Assembly (NCBI GenBank): GCA_001938485.1 | Contig: MQRK01239570.1 | Coordinates: forward strand, 10,292-68,495 | Source of the DNA: Girardia tigrina | Taxonomy: Eukaryota | Direction: 5' to 3' | DNA length: 58,204 nucleotides | Shown here: positions 27,747 through 41,553 of the stretch, one piece after another | Layout of the letters: each line of letters begins with the position of its first letter | Position numbering within the stretch: position 1 is the first letter of the stretch | Made by a program: the position numbers and the translations under genes | Notes under the pieces: generated by a model | Database searches by the model: none | Seen by the model: the letters and a program-made list of their open reading frames with translations, nothing else | What the model was told of the DNA's origin: nothing

Positions 27747-27780
27747 GTGACCTGATGATAACGGTTGATCCGTCAAAATA
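27747..27780 (+). ncRNA. Hammerhead ribozyme copy C, 5' part (3' part displaced to ~29152-29160 by the MULE)
   Basis: GTGAC-CTGATGA-T-AACGG-TTGAT-CCGTC-AAAA-TA, then the MULE, then TATTGTAAATA. Confidence 0.65.
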
Positions 27781-29142
27781 GGTGAGGCGACTTTACCGCA
27801 GCGACTTTACCGCGGATTTTTTCAGAAAAAAATATTAAAAATTTATAATATTTATATTAAATAGTTAAATAAATTCAATTTTCTTAAAATTTTTAATTAA
27901 GATATTTTTTTCCATTATTACCGAATAATACTTTATTAAAATATAATATTTATAATAAAATGTTCCATTTACGTTAATATACCTTTAAAAATATACCTTA
28001 AAATATTATAAATTTCTAAAAAAAATTCTCTCATTTTTTTCAGCATGAATCTTCAATTCTTTACTTCAAAATCTGGAAATCCGATTGTTGTGTATGCAGG
28101 CTATTCTTATTGCTTGGATTAAAGGCTGTTGTTTTTCATCGGAACCAATCAATTTGGAAAAAATAAGAAACATCAAATCTTCCAGGTCTCTATTCAAACA
28201 ATGATGAAATTAGAACCATTCTGAAATCAATAATAGCTATAGCGTTTGTTCCTGTGATGTTATCACTGCCTTTTTGGTTTTACTTGATCTTTCTATTGAT
28301 TATCCAGAACTCGATGATGTCTTTGCATATTTTGAGGAAACATATATTGGCCGTGCTCGTGGAGAACGAGGTTTACGTCCTCGATATTCAATTCAGTGTT
28401 GGAATGTATATGACCGCGTTATTTCTCATCTACCACTCACAAACAATGCAATAGAAAATTGGCATCGTGCGTTTCAAAATTCTATCGCTTGCAATCACCC
28501 AACTGTTAATAGTTTGATAAATCAATTTCGTACTGAACAAGATTTTGTTGAACTAATTCTGCAGCGCATTAAAATTCTCTTTAGAATTGAAGACTTCCCA
28601 CAATTCTCGTCGCAAATTTATGCCAAAGTAAGTGAGAGGATTGAACGTATCGTTGAGCAATACATTAATTTACCAATATTGGATTATCTTAGAGGCGTTG
28701 CTCATAATTTAAACTTTTTGGATTAAAGTATATATTTACTATTCCATTATTTTAATATATCAGTTTAATNNNNNNNNNNNNNNNNNNNNNNNNNNNNNNN
28801 NNNTTTTTTGGTGTGTTATTCATTTGTTCTAGAATGTTATTTGAATTTTTTTTAATTAGGAATTTACTAATTTTTCGTATGTTCTTTGTTTATTTTTTAT
28901 ATTAAAAAGAATAATTAAATGTCGATCTAAAATTTTCTATCCATTTATGTTTTAAAATTAAACCCGTGCATGATTCATTGTTTTAACATAACATAATTAA
29001 AAAATTTTATTCATATTTTAGATGATATTGTTCACTTATTGACAATTTTGTTGTAAATTTTCCGAGGTGAAGTCGCCCGCTGTAAAGTCGCCCGCGGTAA
29101 AGACGTCCGCTGTAAAGACGTCCGCGGTAAAGTCGGCGTACC
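27781..29142 (+). mobile_element. Internally deleted MULE transposon
   Basis: TIRs built from 15-bp CGACTTTACCGCGG-type repeats. 9-bp TSD GTCAAAATA / ATCAAAATA. Motifs GCCFH, YFEETYIG, WNVYDR and TNNAIENWHRAF...HPT. Confidence 0.9.
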
Positions 29143-29159
29143 ATCAAAATATATTGTAA

Positions 29160-29180
29160 ATATATATATATATATATATT

Positions 29181-29227
<47 letters not shown>
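29160..29227. repeat. (TA)n microsatellite
   Basis: Seen directly. Similar tracts at 41087-41140 and 54936-54997 adjoin gaps. Confidence 0.95.
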
Positions 29228-29231
<4 letters not shown>

Positions 29232-29820
29232 GTTGAGGAATAAGTTCCAGCCGTTTTTTGAATTTTTAATCAATTTTTAATCAATTTAATATTTAAATCA
29301 AATTTTTTGATGTAATACTATATGTTATTTGAAAGCTATTGTTTTGCTCTAAAAAAGGGTATATTTTGTTTATTTATTCAGATTAATTTTTGTCGATTTT
29401 TAGACCATTGAAATGGAATGTCAAGTCGACAAAAATTAGCATTTCCGACACCATCTATTGTTTGTGTATAATCGAGGCGCCAAAGCCGCAGACGCTGTCC
29501 GATAGCTTTGTGCTATATACGGAGAAGATGCTATAGCTGATTGGTTCGCAAAATTTAAAATTGGCAATTTTGACCTCAAGGATGCACCTCGTTCAGGAAG
29601 ACCAAATGCATTCGATGAAGAGCGTTTGAAGAAACTTTTGCATAAAGACGCGCGTCAAACCACTCGAGATTTGGCGGAACAAATGGATTGTGATCAAAAA
29701 ACTGTCGTGAACCACCTGAAATCAATGGGAAAAGTTCAAAAAATGGGAGCTTGGGTCCAACATCTTTTGACCGAAAACAACAAAAACCAGTGATCCACAA
29801 TTTCGGCGAGTTTGCTTACT
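29228..29820 (+). mobile_element. mariner 5' half
   Basis: TA|TTAGGTTGAGGAATAAGTTCC TIR. HFRHHLLF...FDLKDAPRSGRP...GAWVQHLL motifs. Confidence 0.9.
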
Positions 29821-32800
29821 TATTTTAATATAAATAAATATAATTTGGTAAATAAATATAATTATCAATTGAAATATTAAGAAATAATCAGTTTTTAAAT
29901 ACTTATAATTTTTAATGGTATTTAAATTGTTTAAATGTTTCCATTTATATTTTTTTATCTTCATAATAAATTTATATATGAAATATGAAGTTAATAACAA
30001 AACCTGTAGAAACAAATAAAATGGCTTAGATAACTTATGTTTTATCATTTAAAAAAAGTCCTTAAATAAAAGGCAGTTTCAAATTTAAATTGAAAAGAAA
30101 TAAAACATTCCAATTGCATATGAATCACATGAACACAGTAAGCCTGTTTTGAAGTAAAATTATATATACAATTTAGTAACACAATCACAAATTCCTTTTA
30201 CTAATACATTTTAAAAGGAACATTTGATTTTACTTAAAATGATATTTAGTTGTATTAGAAGCAAATTAAAATGTTCTTACAGTAATCTTCTATGAAAAAA
30301 CTCTTCCTTAAAGAAAATTACAATATTTATATGGGACTATAGATGATGGAAGGAGAATAAACAAAAGTGGAATTTCCCGCTAGTGTAACAGAACTTTTGG
30401 GAAAACCTAATATTATATCATTTGATTATTTATATTAAGTCTATTGGAATTCAAGTTACATAAAAAGTAATTAGAAATTTAAAAGAAAATAATTCTCTAA
30501 CAATTCATTAAAAGGAACAACAATGTATTGTTAATTTTTATATTAAAAATAAATTAATAATTGTTTATTTATTGTTTAAATTTTTTGACGAATTGTTTTG
30601 TCAATTACACAAAGTTTACAGAACTTCATTGGAATTGCTGAAAATAATTGTTGTTTGTCTAAATTGACATTTGTTTATCTCATAATGCTTCCTCACATGA
30701 ATAATTTTGTGGGATTTGTTAGGAAGTTTGTGGGAGTTGTTAGCTATTTATAAAATTAAGATATAAATGTTAGTTAAGCATGAGAAAAAAATTAAAAACA
30801 ATAGTAATCAATCTCACTTCAATAGGAAACGAAAATATCAATAAAAATTGATATCTCAATTTTCAGAAACTGATAAAAATTATTAATTTCGTGTTAAAGT
30901 TTCAAACCAGCAAAAGAAAAATTGAAATCTGTACTTTCTTTTGGTAAAAGTTTCAAAAATAAACAAAAATTTCAAAAAAAACAAATTGAATTAAACAAAA
31001 ATAATTTTGTGAATTTGTAAATCAAAGCAAAACTGAATGCATTTTGGCAAAAAAGATTTTATTGTATTTTTGAGATATTTAAATATGTTAGATATTTAAG
31101 TTTCTATTTTTGTTTAACATTGTTAACTTTAGTAATAAACTTTACTGGAAACTTTAAGTTGATGTACTTAAACTAAACTGGAAACTTAAAGTTATGTCTT
31201 TAACTTTGAAAATATTTAATTTGGTTAGCTATGTATAATGATAATAAAAATAATAATAATAATTATTATTATTAATATCATAATTATTACTTTTATTATT
31301 ATAGTTGGTCGTAAAAATACGAATGGTTGATTGAACCTAGACTTACTATGAATAAAAGTAATTAAATTAATAATTGTTACAATTTTATTTAAAAAAATTA
31401 TAAATTAAACATTAAATAACAATTTACAATTTAAAGTAATCGAAAAGATAGCGCCGCTACGGAGACTTTTTATTTTAAATGATCACATGCAAAAATATGT
31501 TTATGTTAAAAAGAAAAAAAATTATTGTTTAAATATGTAATAAATAAGTATTAAGTTCGTATAATTTTTTAAAAATAAATGTTGTATTTGCGAATTTAAA
31601 GTTTTTGGATCGAAACATACATAAAAAAAGCAGTTGTTACCTATTCTAACTTAAATACGTAAAATCATTTATCATCAAACCAGGGATGGCAGAAACCGAA
31701 TTATTGCTGACGAGCACGGAATATATACTACGAAAATCCTTATCAAGATTCAGACCTTCATTTGAAGAGGATCAATGTTGTTTGCTATGAAAGAACTGGA
31801 GGAAATATGTACATCAAACCATACTAATGGAAATAAAACATGGTACAATGGATAGTGAATAAGAAACGGACCTCGTTAGGGTCAAAAAGATTTATTGTAG
31901 AATTAAACTCTGTAGATTGAATTAGAAGGATCTGAAGAATTATTGTAGGGAATTAGAATTCTTTCAGTCCAAAAACAGCGATCGAACCCGGAATTTCGGT
32001 ACAGATTTGACCCCACCAGGACGCTGTCCACGGAATTTTGTAATGTAAGAATTATTGATTTTCTTGTTAAAATCAAAAAATCGTCCACCCATCATTTTTT
32101 CATAAAAAATATATGAAAATTTGGTACTGTAAACAAAAACTGAGAAACTTTCGAAAAGTGAAAGAATTCTCATGAAGTTTATCTGAAAGTTTCTTTTTAA
32201 GTCCATCAAAATTAATAAATAAAAAAGAAAAAGTTACTTTAGTGTTTGAATTTTATCGACATTGTAAAATTAAAATAAAAGATAATAACTGAAGGGTTAT
32301 TGTAATATTCAAATGTTATTTGAAGTAATATTTTTTAAGTAACCCTAATTTAATTTGACAACAGAATATTCTAGAGAAAAATCCTTAAAAGTTAAAAAAT
32401 AAAATAAATCGATTGGTGATTGTAAGTTCATATCTGATAAAGTTATTACCATTTATGTTATTATTATTTATAATTATGGTTATAATTATAAAGGATCAAT
32501 TGAGAGAAGCAATGGTTCTCAATTGATTAAGCAAAGTAATATTTCCTGATGAAATGGGAAATGATCCCCGATTGAATAACTGGTGAAATGGCTTTCAATA
32601 AATCCTTAGGATGGATAATTAAACCTGGAGTCTTATTTGAGGAGTCGTCTCTTGACAAATCAATAAAATGGGCAACAATGTAACTGATTACATGAAACAA
32701 TGGCTCTCGATAAATACTTAAGAAGGCGAACAATAAAAAAGAACTATCCTCTTGAATCAATCGAAAAAGTTTAGATAAGATCTTAGAGAATAAAATGAAA

Positions 32801-32899
32801 GGTTTTTCAGTCGATGAAATCAAAATGTTAATAGATTGTAAAAATGAAAGTTTATTGAAAATTATGAGTATGATCAACGAAGAAAAAAAATTAAACAGG

Positions 32900-34800
32900 T
32901 TTCAATATTGAAAACGTTGACATGCTGAATGGGCCAAAAATCAGTTACCGGTATTCATTAGAATGTTCTCCGAGAAATTTAAATCAGTAGAAGTCAATTT
33001 TAAGAGGACAATACAGGACATTAGATCGAAAATTAAAGGTAAATGGGGTATTGCTGCAAAAATGTCAAACACCCCTTTTTGGAAAGACAAGGAGTTGGGT
33101 ATTCTAAAAAAATATGATTAGTATGAACAACTACATGATGTGCATCAACAAATAATCACAACGGTCCGACAATGGAATAGGAAAGAAGTAGACAAATTGG
33201 TATATGAATTGCAATGACTGAAAATGGCGGACAAACAAATTCAGGCATTAATGAAAGGGAAATATAACGTTGCATCCTAGGTAAAAATTATAACCCAGAT
33301 CGATACGAAAGCAGGATGACAATTATAAATTTCGGATTTGAAAATCGAGAAAAGCTTCAAATACCAATATTATCTGGAAATATTGTCTTATACCGGTTGG
33401 AAAGCAATATTTCAATCATCTTTACAGTATTTGAAAACCAGTAAAACAAATAATTTACTTACTAGCGAAAGAATGAAGCTAAATAAGCCTAAATTCATTT
33501 TTGAGAGTTATGTATTTAGTGACGAAGCTTACAAATCCGCAATCAGATCATCGGAGAAAATATATTGGTCATAGAAAAAGATTACATCGCATTTAAAGAT
33601 GATTACATGTAAAAGACGAGCCAAAAATAGTGTTCTGAAAGTCAATCCACAAAAGTGAATATTAGAGAAAGAGAAAAGATATTCGAAAGCTGCACAAAGG
33701 CATTTTTTAAAAGCAGGGACGTTGTTAAAAATGAAAAAGGCTGTTCGTTAAAAAAAGATTGAAAATTTAGAGACGCTGGTACATGCATAATGACAGAGAA
33801 AATAGTCGTTAGTTTGAAAAAGCGAAGAGGAAAATTTTTATATGAGATAAACTGTATATATGAACACTGATTTATTTAACAAAATAATAAAATTAAAAGT
33901 CATATGGAAAAGGGAATCATGAAGCATAGGAAGTTTCGATAACTGCTAACTTCGGGGATGAGAAAACATGATAAAAGTGATATGGTCACAATGAAAATCA
34001 TTCCGATTGAAATATGGAAAGGAAAATAATTATGAGAGTGATAACTCCTTGATGATAGTAGTAACACAAGTTACATTGTTCAAGATATCGTAAAACAGCT
34101 AAGGGTGGTGGACAGAAAATAAACAGTATAATTCAATGATTAATGAAACTGAGAAAGTATTGCGAACAGAGATGGTATCGTTATGATTAAAGGAATCGAG
34201 GTACAAGAGACTTTAAATTATCAGCCATTGGATATTCTAAGATAATTATAGGTAATGGAAAGTAAATTATAGAAAAAGTGAAAAAGTATGAAACAGTTAC
34301 GAGTTATCAAGATAAGAAATACCAAGATGATGTGGCAATGTTTAATTTTGTGTAGATTATTTGAATGTCCCTAGTTCATTGAAAGAAAGAATTGGTGATG
34401 AATCTGATCCGATTGCTAGAATAATTATTTTGGGATGGAGTGTTGTTGGAAATGTAAATCGACAGATGAAAGACAATTTGTTCACCAAATTGGAAGTATC
34501 AGAACCGATTGATGATGAGACGATAAAGAGAAAGATATAAGTATCGAAAGTTGTTTAACGAAGTTTGATCAACAAATCATAGAAGACACAGAGAGAGGTA
34601 TGAAACATTATGGTGGTAGGTCTGAAGTTGACACACCTTTGAATGAGAAAAAAGAATTTGGTATGATTCTCGATCGACTGCGTATAAGAAATGAAATATC
34701 TGCATTATAAATTCAGAATGACATAAGAATTTTAAGAGAATTATACAGTAATATCCAAAAGGATCAGAAGAAAAAACCATATATCAAAGAAATTTATTTA
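32900..34800 (+). mobile_element. Highly decayed BEL/Pao gag-protease region
   Basis: SGNILSYTGWKAIFQS (gag-like), LLDDSSNTSYI (protease-like) and PIARIIILGWSVVG, with many stops. Boundaries are approximate. Confidence 0.6.
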
Positions 34801-36048
34801 CAATGTGAATAAAGATAATTTATTCCGAAATAGAACCTCCAAAGGAAAGAATATGTAACCCACAAATTTAGGCGAAATAATTTAATTCTTTGTTAGTAAT
34901 TATTGATTAGTTGTATTTTCTTTAATACAATGATATACATTATACTATACAACAGTCACGAAGCTTAGTAGACATTGAATAAACCCCTGTGAAACGATTA
35001 TATAAATTCAAGAAAGGAATTGATAAAAAAGAGATTGGTTTTATTCACAGTCAATTGAGAAACAAGTTTGTCTTATTCATAGAATTAATCTTCAACAGTT
35101 TGGATTGTTTTATCAATCGATTTTACTAACTTTAAAATATTATTACAAAATCACAATTTTACACGAAGTGAAAGTCAATATTTGTTTTAGGGAAAATTGA
35201 TTTAAAACGAAAAAAACACGAAAATCCATTAATCTTTATTCAATATCCTTTTTTACTCTTTAAATTATTAAAAATAATTGAATTGATTTTCTTTTAACAA
35301 GGTTTTCAAATAAAATAGTATTACTTTAGTAAAAACTATATATTACAATCTTTGCATAATGATCATAGAAACTACTGTTGTTTCCTTTCCTACTTCAATT
35401 GAATAGATTTGTTTTAATTGACCCAAATAATTATAATTATTTTACAAGTATTATTAAAAGTAAAGAACCATGTTGTTAATAAGATTTAATAACTGTCTGA
35501 TTTTGTTGTTATTTATAAATTTCTTGTAACTAAATATTCGGCGTTATATTAGTTGAAATATTGTAAAAAAAAATCACCATCTATTTATAACTAGCTATCA
35601 CGACATTGAAAACAATCAAGAATCTCAAGTTTCATTTGGAGAGCATGTCTAGCTCTGGATCGAAAAATTTTAGTTTTATATTGAGGTTGATGATTTTGAG
35701 TAAAAAGAGATTCCAATCTTGTTGATGATGTTAGATGGCCCGGTATGTGACACGTTGAAGAGATCTACTGCTTGGTAAAAAGACATACTGTTTGATAATA
35801 CTTATATCGGATGATCGTTTGGGTGTTTCAGTAGCTCAAATCAAAACTGTAGTCGATTATCATGATCCGATCGGTCTTTTGGTTCAATTTTGTTCATACA
35901 CATTTTACTCAATCAGTTAAAAAAGAGAGGCAGTCCAAATTGAACGATGATTTCATATTCTAACATGTGACGGCAGTTTTAAAATGTGACAGTAAAACTG
36001 ACATTTTAAAACTAACATTATGTGGCGACAGTTTTTATTTGAGAATCA

Positions 36049-36380
36049 ATGGTTAACGCAATCAAACAGACTGGGCCACATTTAATCACGTCATCGAAAT
36101 CCGCAGTTGGCGTAGAGCTCGATGGCAATGAGATTACAAGGCACATATTCCATATCAGAAAAGCAACAAAAATTCAAAAATCTACTAAAGCTTATTCCGA
36201 TGATTACACCACAGACAGCGATGAAGAAGTTGGAGATCAAGAACTACACGAGATAGGAACTGATTTCGTTTCAGATAGTGATGATAGAAGTGAAAAATCA
36301 ATATCTCAAGAGATAATTAAAGATTCTTCGAAAAGACCGATGTGGGTGCGGAAACAACTTCAATAAATGGATGACTATTT
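36049..36380 (+). mobile_element. Probable Gypsy integrase C-terminal remnant
   Basis: TGPHLITS...VELDGNEITRHIFHIRK, an acidic linker and RK...MDDY resemble GPY/F-type pol tails. Confidence 0.45.
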
Positions 36381-38899
36381 GATTTTGATATCATGTTGGT
36401 GTAATATTTGTTGTAAATAGAAATGAATCACTTTTAAAAATGTTATTATCAATTTTTAACATTTGTCTTATAAATTAATTAGGGTAAATGAATACATTTA
36501 AAGATTTTTGAAAGAAAACATGCATGGATTTGTACTTATAGTTACGAAAAACTGACGAAGAAAGGATAATAGAGGAAAACTGAGAATTTATCAAATAAGA
36601 ATTATAAATAACAAGCCCGTGAAGAATCACATTTTATATTTACAAATGAGTTCTTCTATTATTTAATGAAAGCCTAAGTTTCATTAAAAATGAAAAACAG
36701 AAAATTGAGTGTCAAATTATAGATTGAAGGATTCCTATTTTTTGACAGCTACTCTTAATTTTTTTCTTTCCATAAATCATAACATTTAGAGATACTTTTA
36801 AAAATTGTAAACGATTGAAATTGTCATAAACAATACTGAAACTGTGCCTAAGTTTTGTATGTAAGACTACTTCACTCTTTCATAAGTACTTGCATACTTT
36901 TTTGTACTTAAAATCTAAAAGAATGACCAGGCATTCTGGGTAGCATGTATTTTAAGTATTGTTAAGTATTATTATCCTCGAGAATGCAAAGCTTCGAAAA
37001 TGTTATGAGAAGCCTTTACTGTCTATTTTACGTAATCTTTTCTCAAATATTTAAATTATGTTCCTATGGGATTTGTATTTTGAAAAAGTGGGCCCATGGA
37101 AGCCTTTGCTGTGTTGTCAGGTACAAAGAGAAGTTTAAAATATCTTCAGAATACTTTTTCATTAAATTGTATTTTATTTGTATTATTTTTTCTTTAAGAT
37201 TTGCACAACTAATGTAATTGATGAAGCTATGTAAATATTAACAATCTCTTTACTGCCTCAGTCATTTAATTTATACTGAATTATGTTTGAATTATATCAA
37301 ATATTTAATTTAAAAGATTATATGAATTTAAGATTAAAATAAAATCCTGTGATATTTGATGATTCTAATTTACCCAGTTAAAAGGCACTGTCTAATAATT
37401 ATATTTTATGATATATATAAAATTGAAAAAAAATAATATTAAGAAAAAAATCTATTAATTCAATTAAATAAATTATGTGTAATATAGTTAAATAAATTAA
37501 AACAATAAAAAATTTATATTTGACATTCATCTTTTCTGAGTGAAAATTATGTTTATAAATAAATAGTTTTGAAAAAAATAATATTTGTTTGACAACGTTA
37601 ATATTTTCGTATAAAAGATTAATTTTTATTATTTGTAAAATAATTTTTCTTTATTTAAAAGAATATTGTGGAAAATTTATAATTTTTTATCACGAAAAAG
37701 AAATAAAACAGCAATATTGTTTTTGAATTTTATTGAAACAAAGAAAAATGGTCGAGCAAATAAAACATTAAACATTCTTTAATTATTATTTTGAAAAAAT
37801 AAAATTTTTCATTAAGGAAAATATTAATAACAAGGAAAGAGCTTTTTTAACTGTTTCTTAAGAAATTTTAAATATTTTGTTTTAAACGATAACATAAAAA
37901 TAACCGTAACGGTGTTTAAGCAGACTATTTTCGATGGTAATTATTGGAAATGGTTATTTTCTTGCAGTCATAATTTCAGAAATTTGGTTCGATATCGAAT
38001 ATGTTTTTCTAAGTTTTTCTTACTCATTTACTTTAAATGTTTCCATAGTTGAATATTTTGAGCTGCAAATGGGAAAAAATAAATAAAGGTTTTCAGAATA
38101 AATATTTAAATATCAATTTACTTAAATTCACTACACATCAATTTTGCGAGTAAATTCGATCTATTATAACTTTCTTGAATATTTTTCATTGCAGTTTCAA
38201 AAACCAACATATGAAGTAATAAATAAACAATTAATTTGAGGGATATTTCGAAAAAAATAGAGCAAATATTTTTATTAATACATTATTCCTATAATTTAGA
38301 TGTAATAGTTGTTATTCTTGGAAACATTCTCAGACAGTTGACCACCTGCAAGGTCGATAAGGGTTTATTAACATTCCATTTATCTTTGATAATAATGAGA
38401 GAAAAATCACATGTTCGAAATGCCACGTGAAGGCTTTTATCAAGATTATTCACATTCATTATATCATGCTACAAAAAACATAATTGGATATTTGAATTTA
38501 TGATATAATCAAATAGTGAAACACGATTTTTTACTAACGAATATATTCTATATTCTACCACGCATTAAATAGTACAAAATTAGTTTGCATAGTTTTTGAA
38601 ACGTACAGTATCAAAAGAATGACTTTGTTGAGTGACCTTTCAATAACAATTTTATTTTTTTACCAGTCTGGAATTTTTTATATAATACATGTAAAATATT
38701 CTTTTGATAACAAAAATGTAAAGATAAAATGACTTTTTATTAGTGAAAAGTAAAATAAATTTATTCTATGCACTCTCGTAATGCATAATGAGTTTTGAAT
38801 GCTCAAATGAATACGGTCACCCAATAAATAATTAATATATTCAAAGGCATATAAAATATTTGTATGAATCAATAGTTCTTTCAATTTTTTTTAAAAATT

Positions 38900-40022
38900 T
38901 TACAAAAAAAACTAAAAAAACAGTCAAGATCATAGGAATTCATCTAGGACTTTCCTTCAGTGGAACCATTCTTTGTTTTTAGAGGCAAAAAACTTGTGGC
39001 ACCCGTTTGCCACCTTGTCCAGATTGTTTAAGTTGTAGTTACTAAGAAAGTTCGCCATGAAATGGAAAAGGTCATATGACGTAAGGTTCAAACTATAATA
39101 AGCTTAGTTTAGAAGAAGTTCAATGACAATTTTTTGTTTTCTTGGGTTTACCGGCTGGTGTGTGGTTTTACGTGATCTTATATCAAAAGAGTGTGCTATC
39201 TATTTATCTAAGTGAGGTGTTGATAGTTCAACCATTTTGAAGTAGCTCGAAATGAATTACGCATCCAAAATTCCAACAAACACACAAAAATATCTTACTT
39301 GAAAGTAGATCAGTTCTTGCTACCTGTTCCACTATTTGTCCGAGTCCAACCATTGATTTTATTTATCTAGATTGTTAAAATATATCTACTTCTCATCCTA
39401 AATAACAATTCTGGGTATAAGACGGTCATCACGCGGATTTTGCAGCAATTTCCACAAGTCTTCACATGTTATTGAGCTTGACTTTCAGTCAATTCATAAG
39501 ACACATCTCGGCGGTGCATTTTTGACTTTTCTATGATCGTGAAGATAATTTGCAAATGATTTTGAGGAGTGTTGAATTTGGAGGACAATCTACGAGTGCT
39601 TATTGATGGATTTGTTTATATGGCTGTATGTATTGCTTCATAATTAATTATCTTAGGTAAGGTTGAACATGATTTGTCTCTGAGATCATCGTCATCATCT
39701 TTGAACTTTTTAAATAAATTTCGCACCATATGATCCAAGACCACATATGACCTTCAACTTCGCATATTGTTGTTGTCGCTACACTGAAACCTTGTTTCCG
39801 ACAATAGCAAAAAAGGAGACAAATATCTAGATTTTTCATAAAGTTTCAAGAGGTGTAAAATATTCAAAAAACAATCGATTACCAATTGTAATATAAATGT
39901 TGATAATTGATTATAATATATTATTTAAGACCTTTAAATAGTGGATAATAAATGAGAATAAAATTATTTATTAAAAAAAATAAATTGACAAAAAATCGGA
40001 AAGAACTTTCTGTTCATCTCTA
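38900..40022 (-). mobile_element. Decayed mariner
   Basis: ICLLFCYCRKQGFSVA...ICEVEG N-terminus, degenerate downstream motifs and a TIR-like end near 40000-40022. Confidence 0.6.
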
Positions 40023-41086
40023 CATGTATAATTAAAGTCAAAATAAATAATAAATATAAAAAATCTGAAAGATAATTAATAAAAACAATTATTTAGATTT
40101 ATTCTAAAAGTACTTTAAATTAATCAAGAAAAGAATTTGAAATTTGTAAAAAATCTTTGCTTGATTTATTGAAAAAAGAGAAATAATTTTGTTATGTTTT
40201 TGTTTAAATAAAATATTTTTTGATTACTTTTTTTCGAGTTTTAATTACAGAGTTTTTAAAACGGAATAAAAGGGAATAATTACGTTTTATCCAAGAAATG
40301 CGACCATTGTGGAAACATAACATTTATCTTTCCACAGACAAATAATTTTTCCTTGCAAAAATAAAATTGAAGATAATTAAATGAACTTTGCTTCTTTTTA
40401 GCGGTTCAACAACGTTTTCAGTCTGTTAAATTAGGAGTTTCCAACAAAACATCAATGTTTAAGAAAAACATCAGTTTTTTAAAATAAAGTTTTAGACTTA
40501 TTAATTTGAAAATAAAATTTATTTTACAAAATTGAAAATCTAAGAGTTCTTTATTTGATATTTTGATTAAAAAATAATTTATTATAAGTTTATGAATGTG
40601 AGGAATATTTTAAATTTGGTATGTTGAAATTTGTTTGTTGAATTTTGTATGTTGAGTTTAGTATTTGGAAATGTGTTTCTCCCACCCAGATGGAAAATTG
40701 ATATTTTAGATGTTCACGATAAATAATTATTCGAGTGTAATTTATATAATTTAAATTTTAATTTATATTTTAAAGTACAACATAAGATATTTAAAANNNN
40801 NNNNNNNNNNNNNNNNNNNNNNNNNNNNNNNNNNNNNNNNNNNNNNNNNNNNNNNNNNNNNNNNNNNNNNNNNNNNNNNNNNNNNNNNNNNNNNNNNNNN
40901 NNNNNNNNNNNNNNNNNNNNNNNNNNNNNNNNNNNNNNNNNNNNNNNNNNNNNNNNNNNNNNNNNNNNNNNNNNNNNNNNNNNNNNNNNNNNNNNNNNNN
41001 NNNNNNNNNNNNNNNNNNNNNNNNNNNNNNNNNNNNNNNNNNNNNNNNNNNNNNNNNNNNNNNNNNNNNNNNNNNNNNNNNNNNNN

Positions 41087-41144
<58 letters not shown>

Positions 41145-41553
41145 AAAATAAATTTTAAATTCAAGAGATTCTATGTAACTAAATGAAAATCAGAAAACTG
41201 AGGAGTGCAATCGAAGATAGACAAACCATGTCCTTCAGTAACTAAGATTTAAATTGTAGATATACCTCGTACCAATGTTTGAAACAGCATTTGAGAACTG
41301 GAACAATCTACCAATATAAAGTCGGTTAGAGATAGTTGCTCAAACTTACTTGATAAACTAAAACAAAATATTAAGAAAAAAATTAATAAAAATTTCACAA
41401 ATCGTGACCCTCACCACTTTCTAACATGCGACATATTTATAAAAAATTTGTAGTAACTTCTTTATATGTTGTCCCAGTAGTTTTGTTACAGAATCCTTTC
41501 ATAGTCTTTAAGCAGTAACGTAAATTTTCATCACATAATTTCATGGTCTAAAC

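Larger units (their letters stand above)
26863..27780. mobile_element. Two internally deleted Penelope-like copies in inverted, divergent orientation
   Basis: 26863-27240 (-) is an inverted homolog of 27460-27780 (+). ORF remnant FRRYMKIFNSLRRKEMDICFLETCIEKIIPSF jumps to a GIY-YIG tail (KINVQS), and each copy ends in a hammerhead motif. Confidence 0.75.

Noticed and set aside
29060-29142. Regularly spaced 15-bp repeats, superficially CRISPR-like, and the RGRLYS repeat peptide
   Set aside because: There are no spacers or cas genes. These are MULE subterminal repeats.
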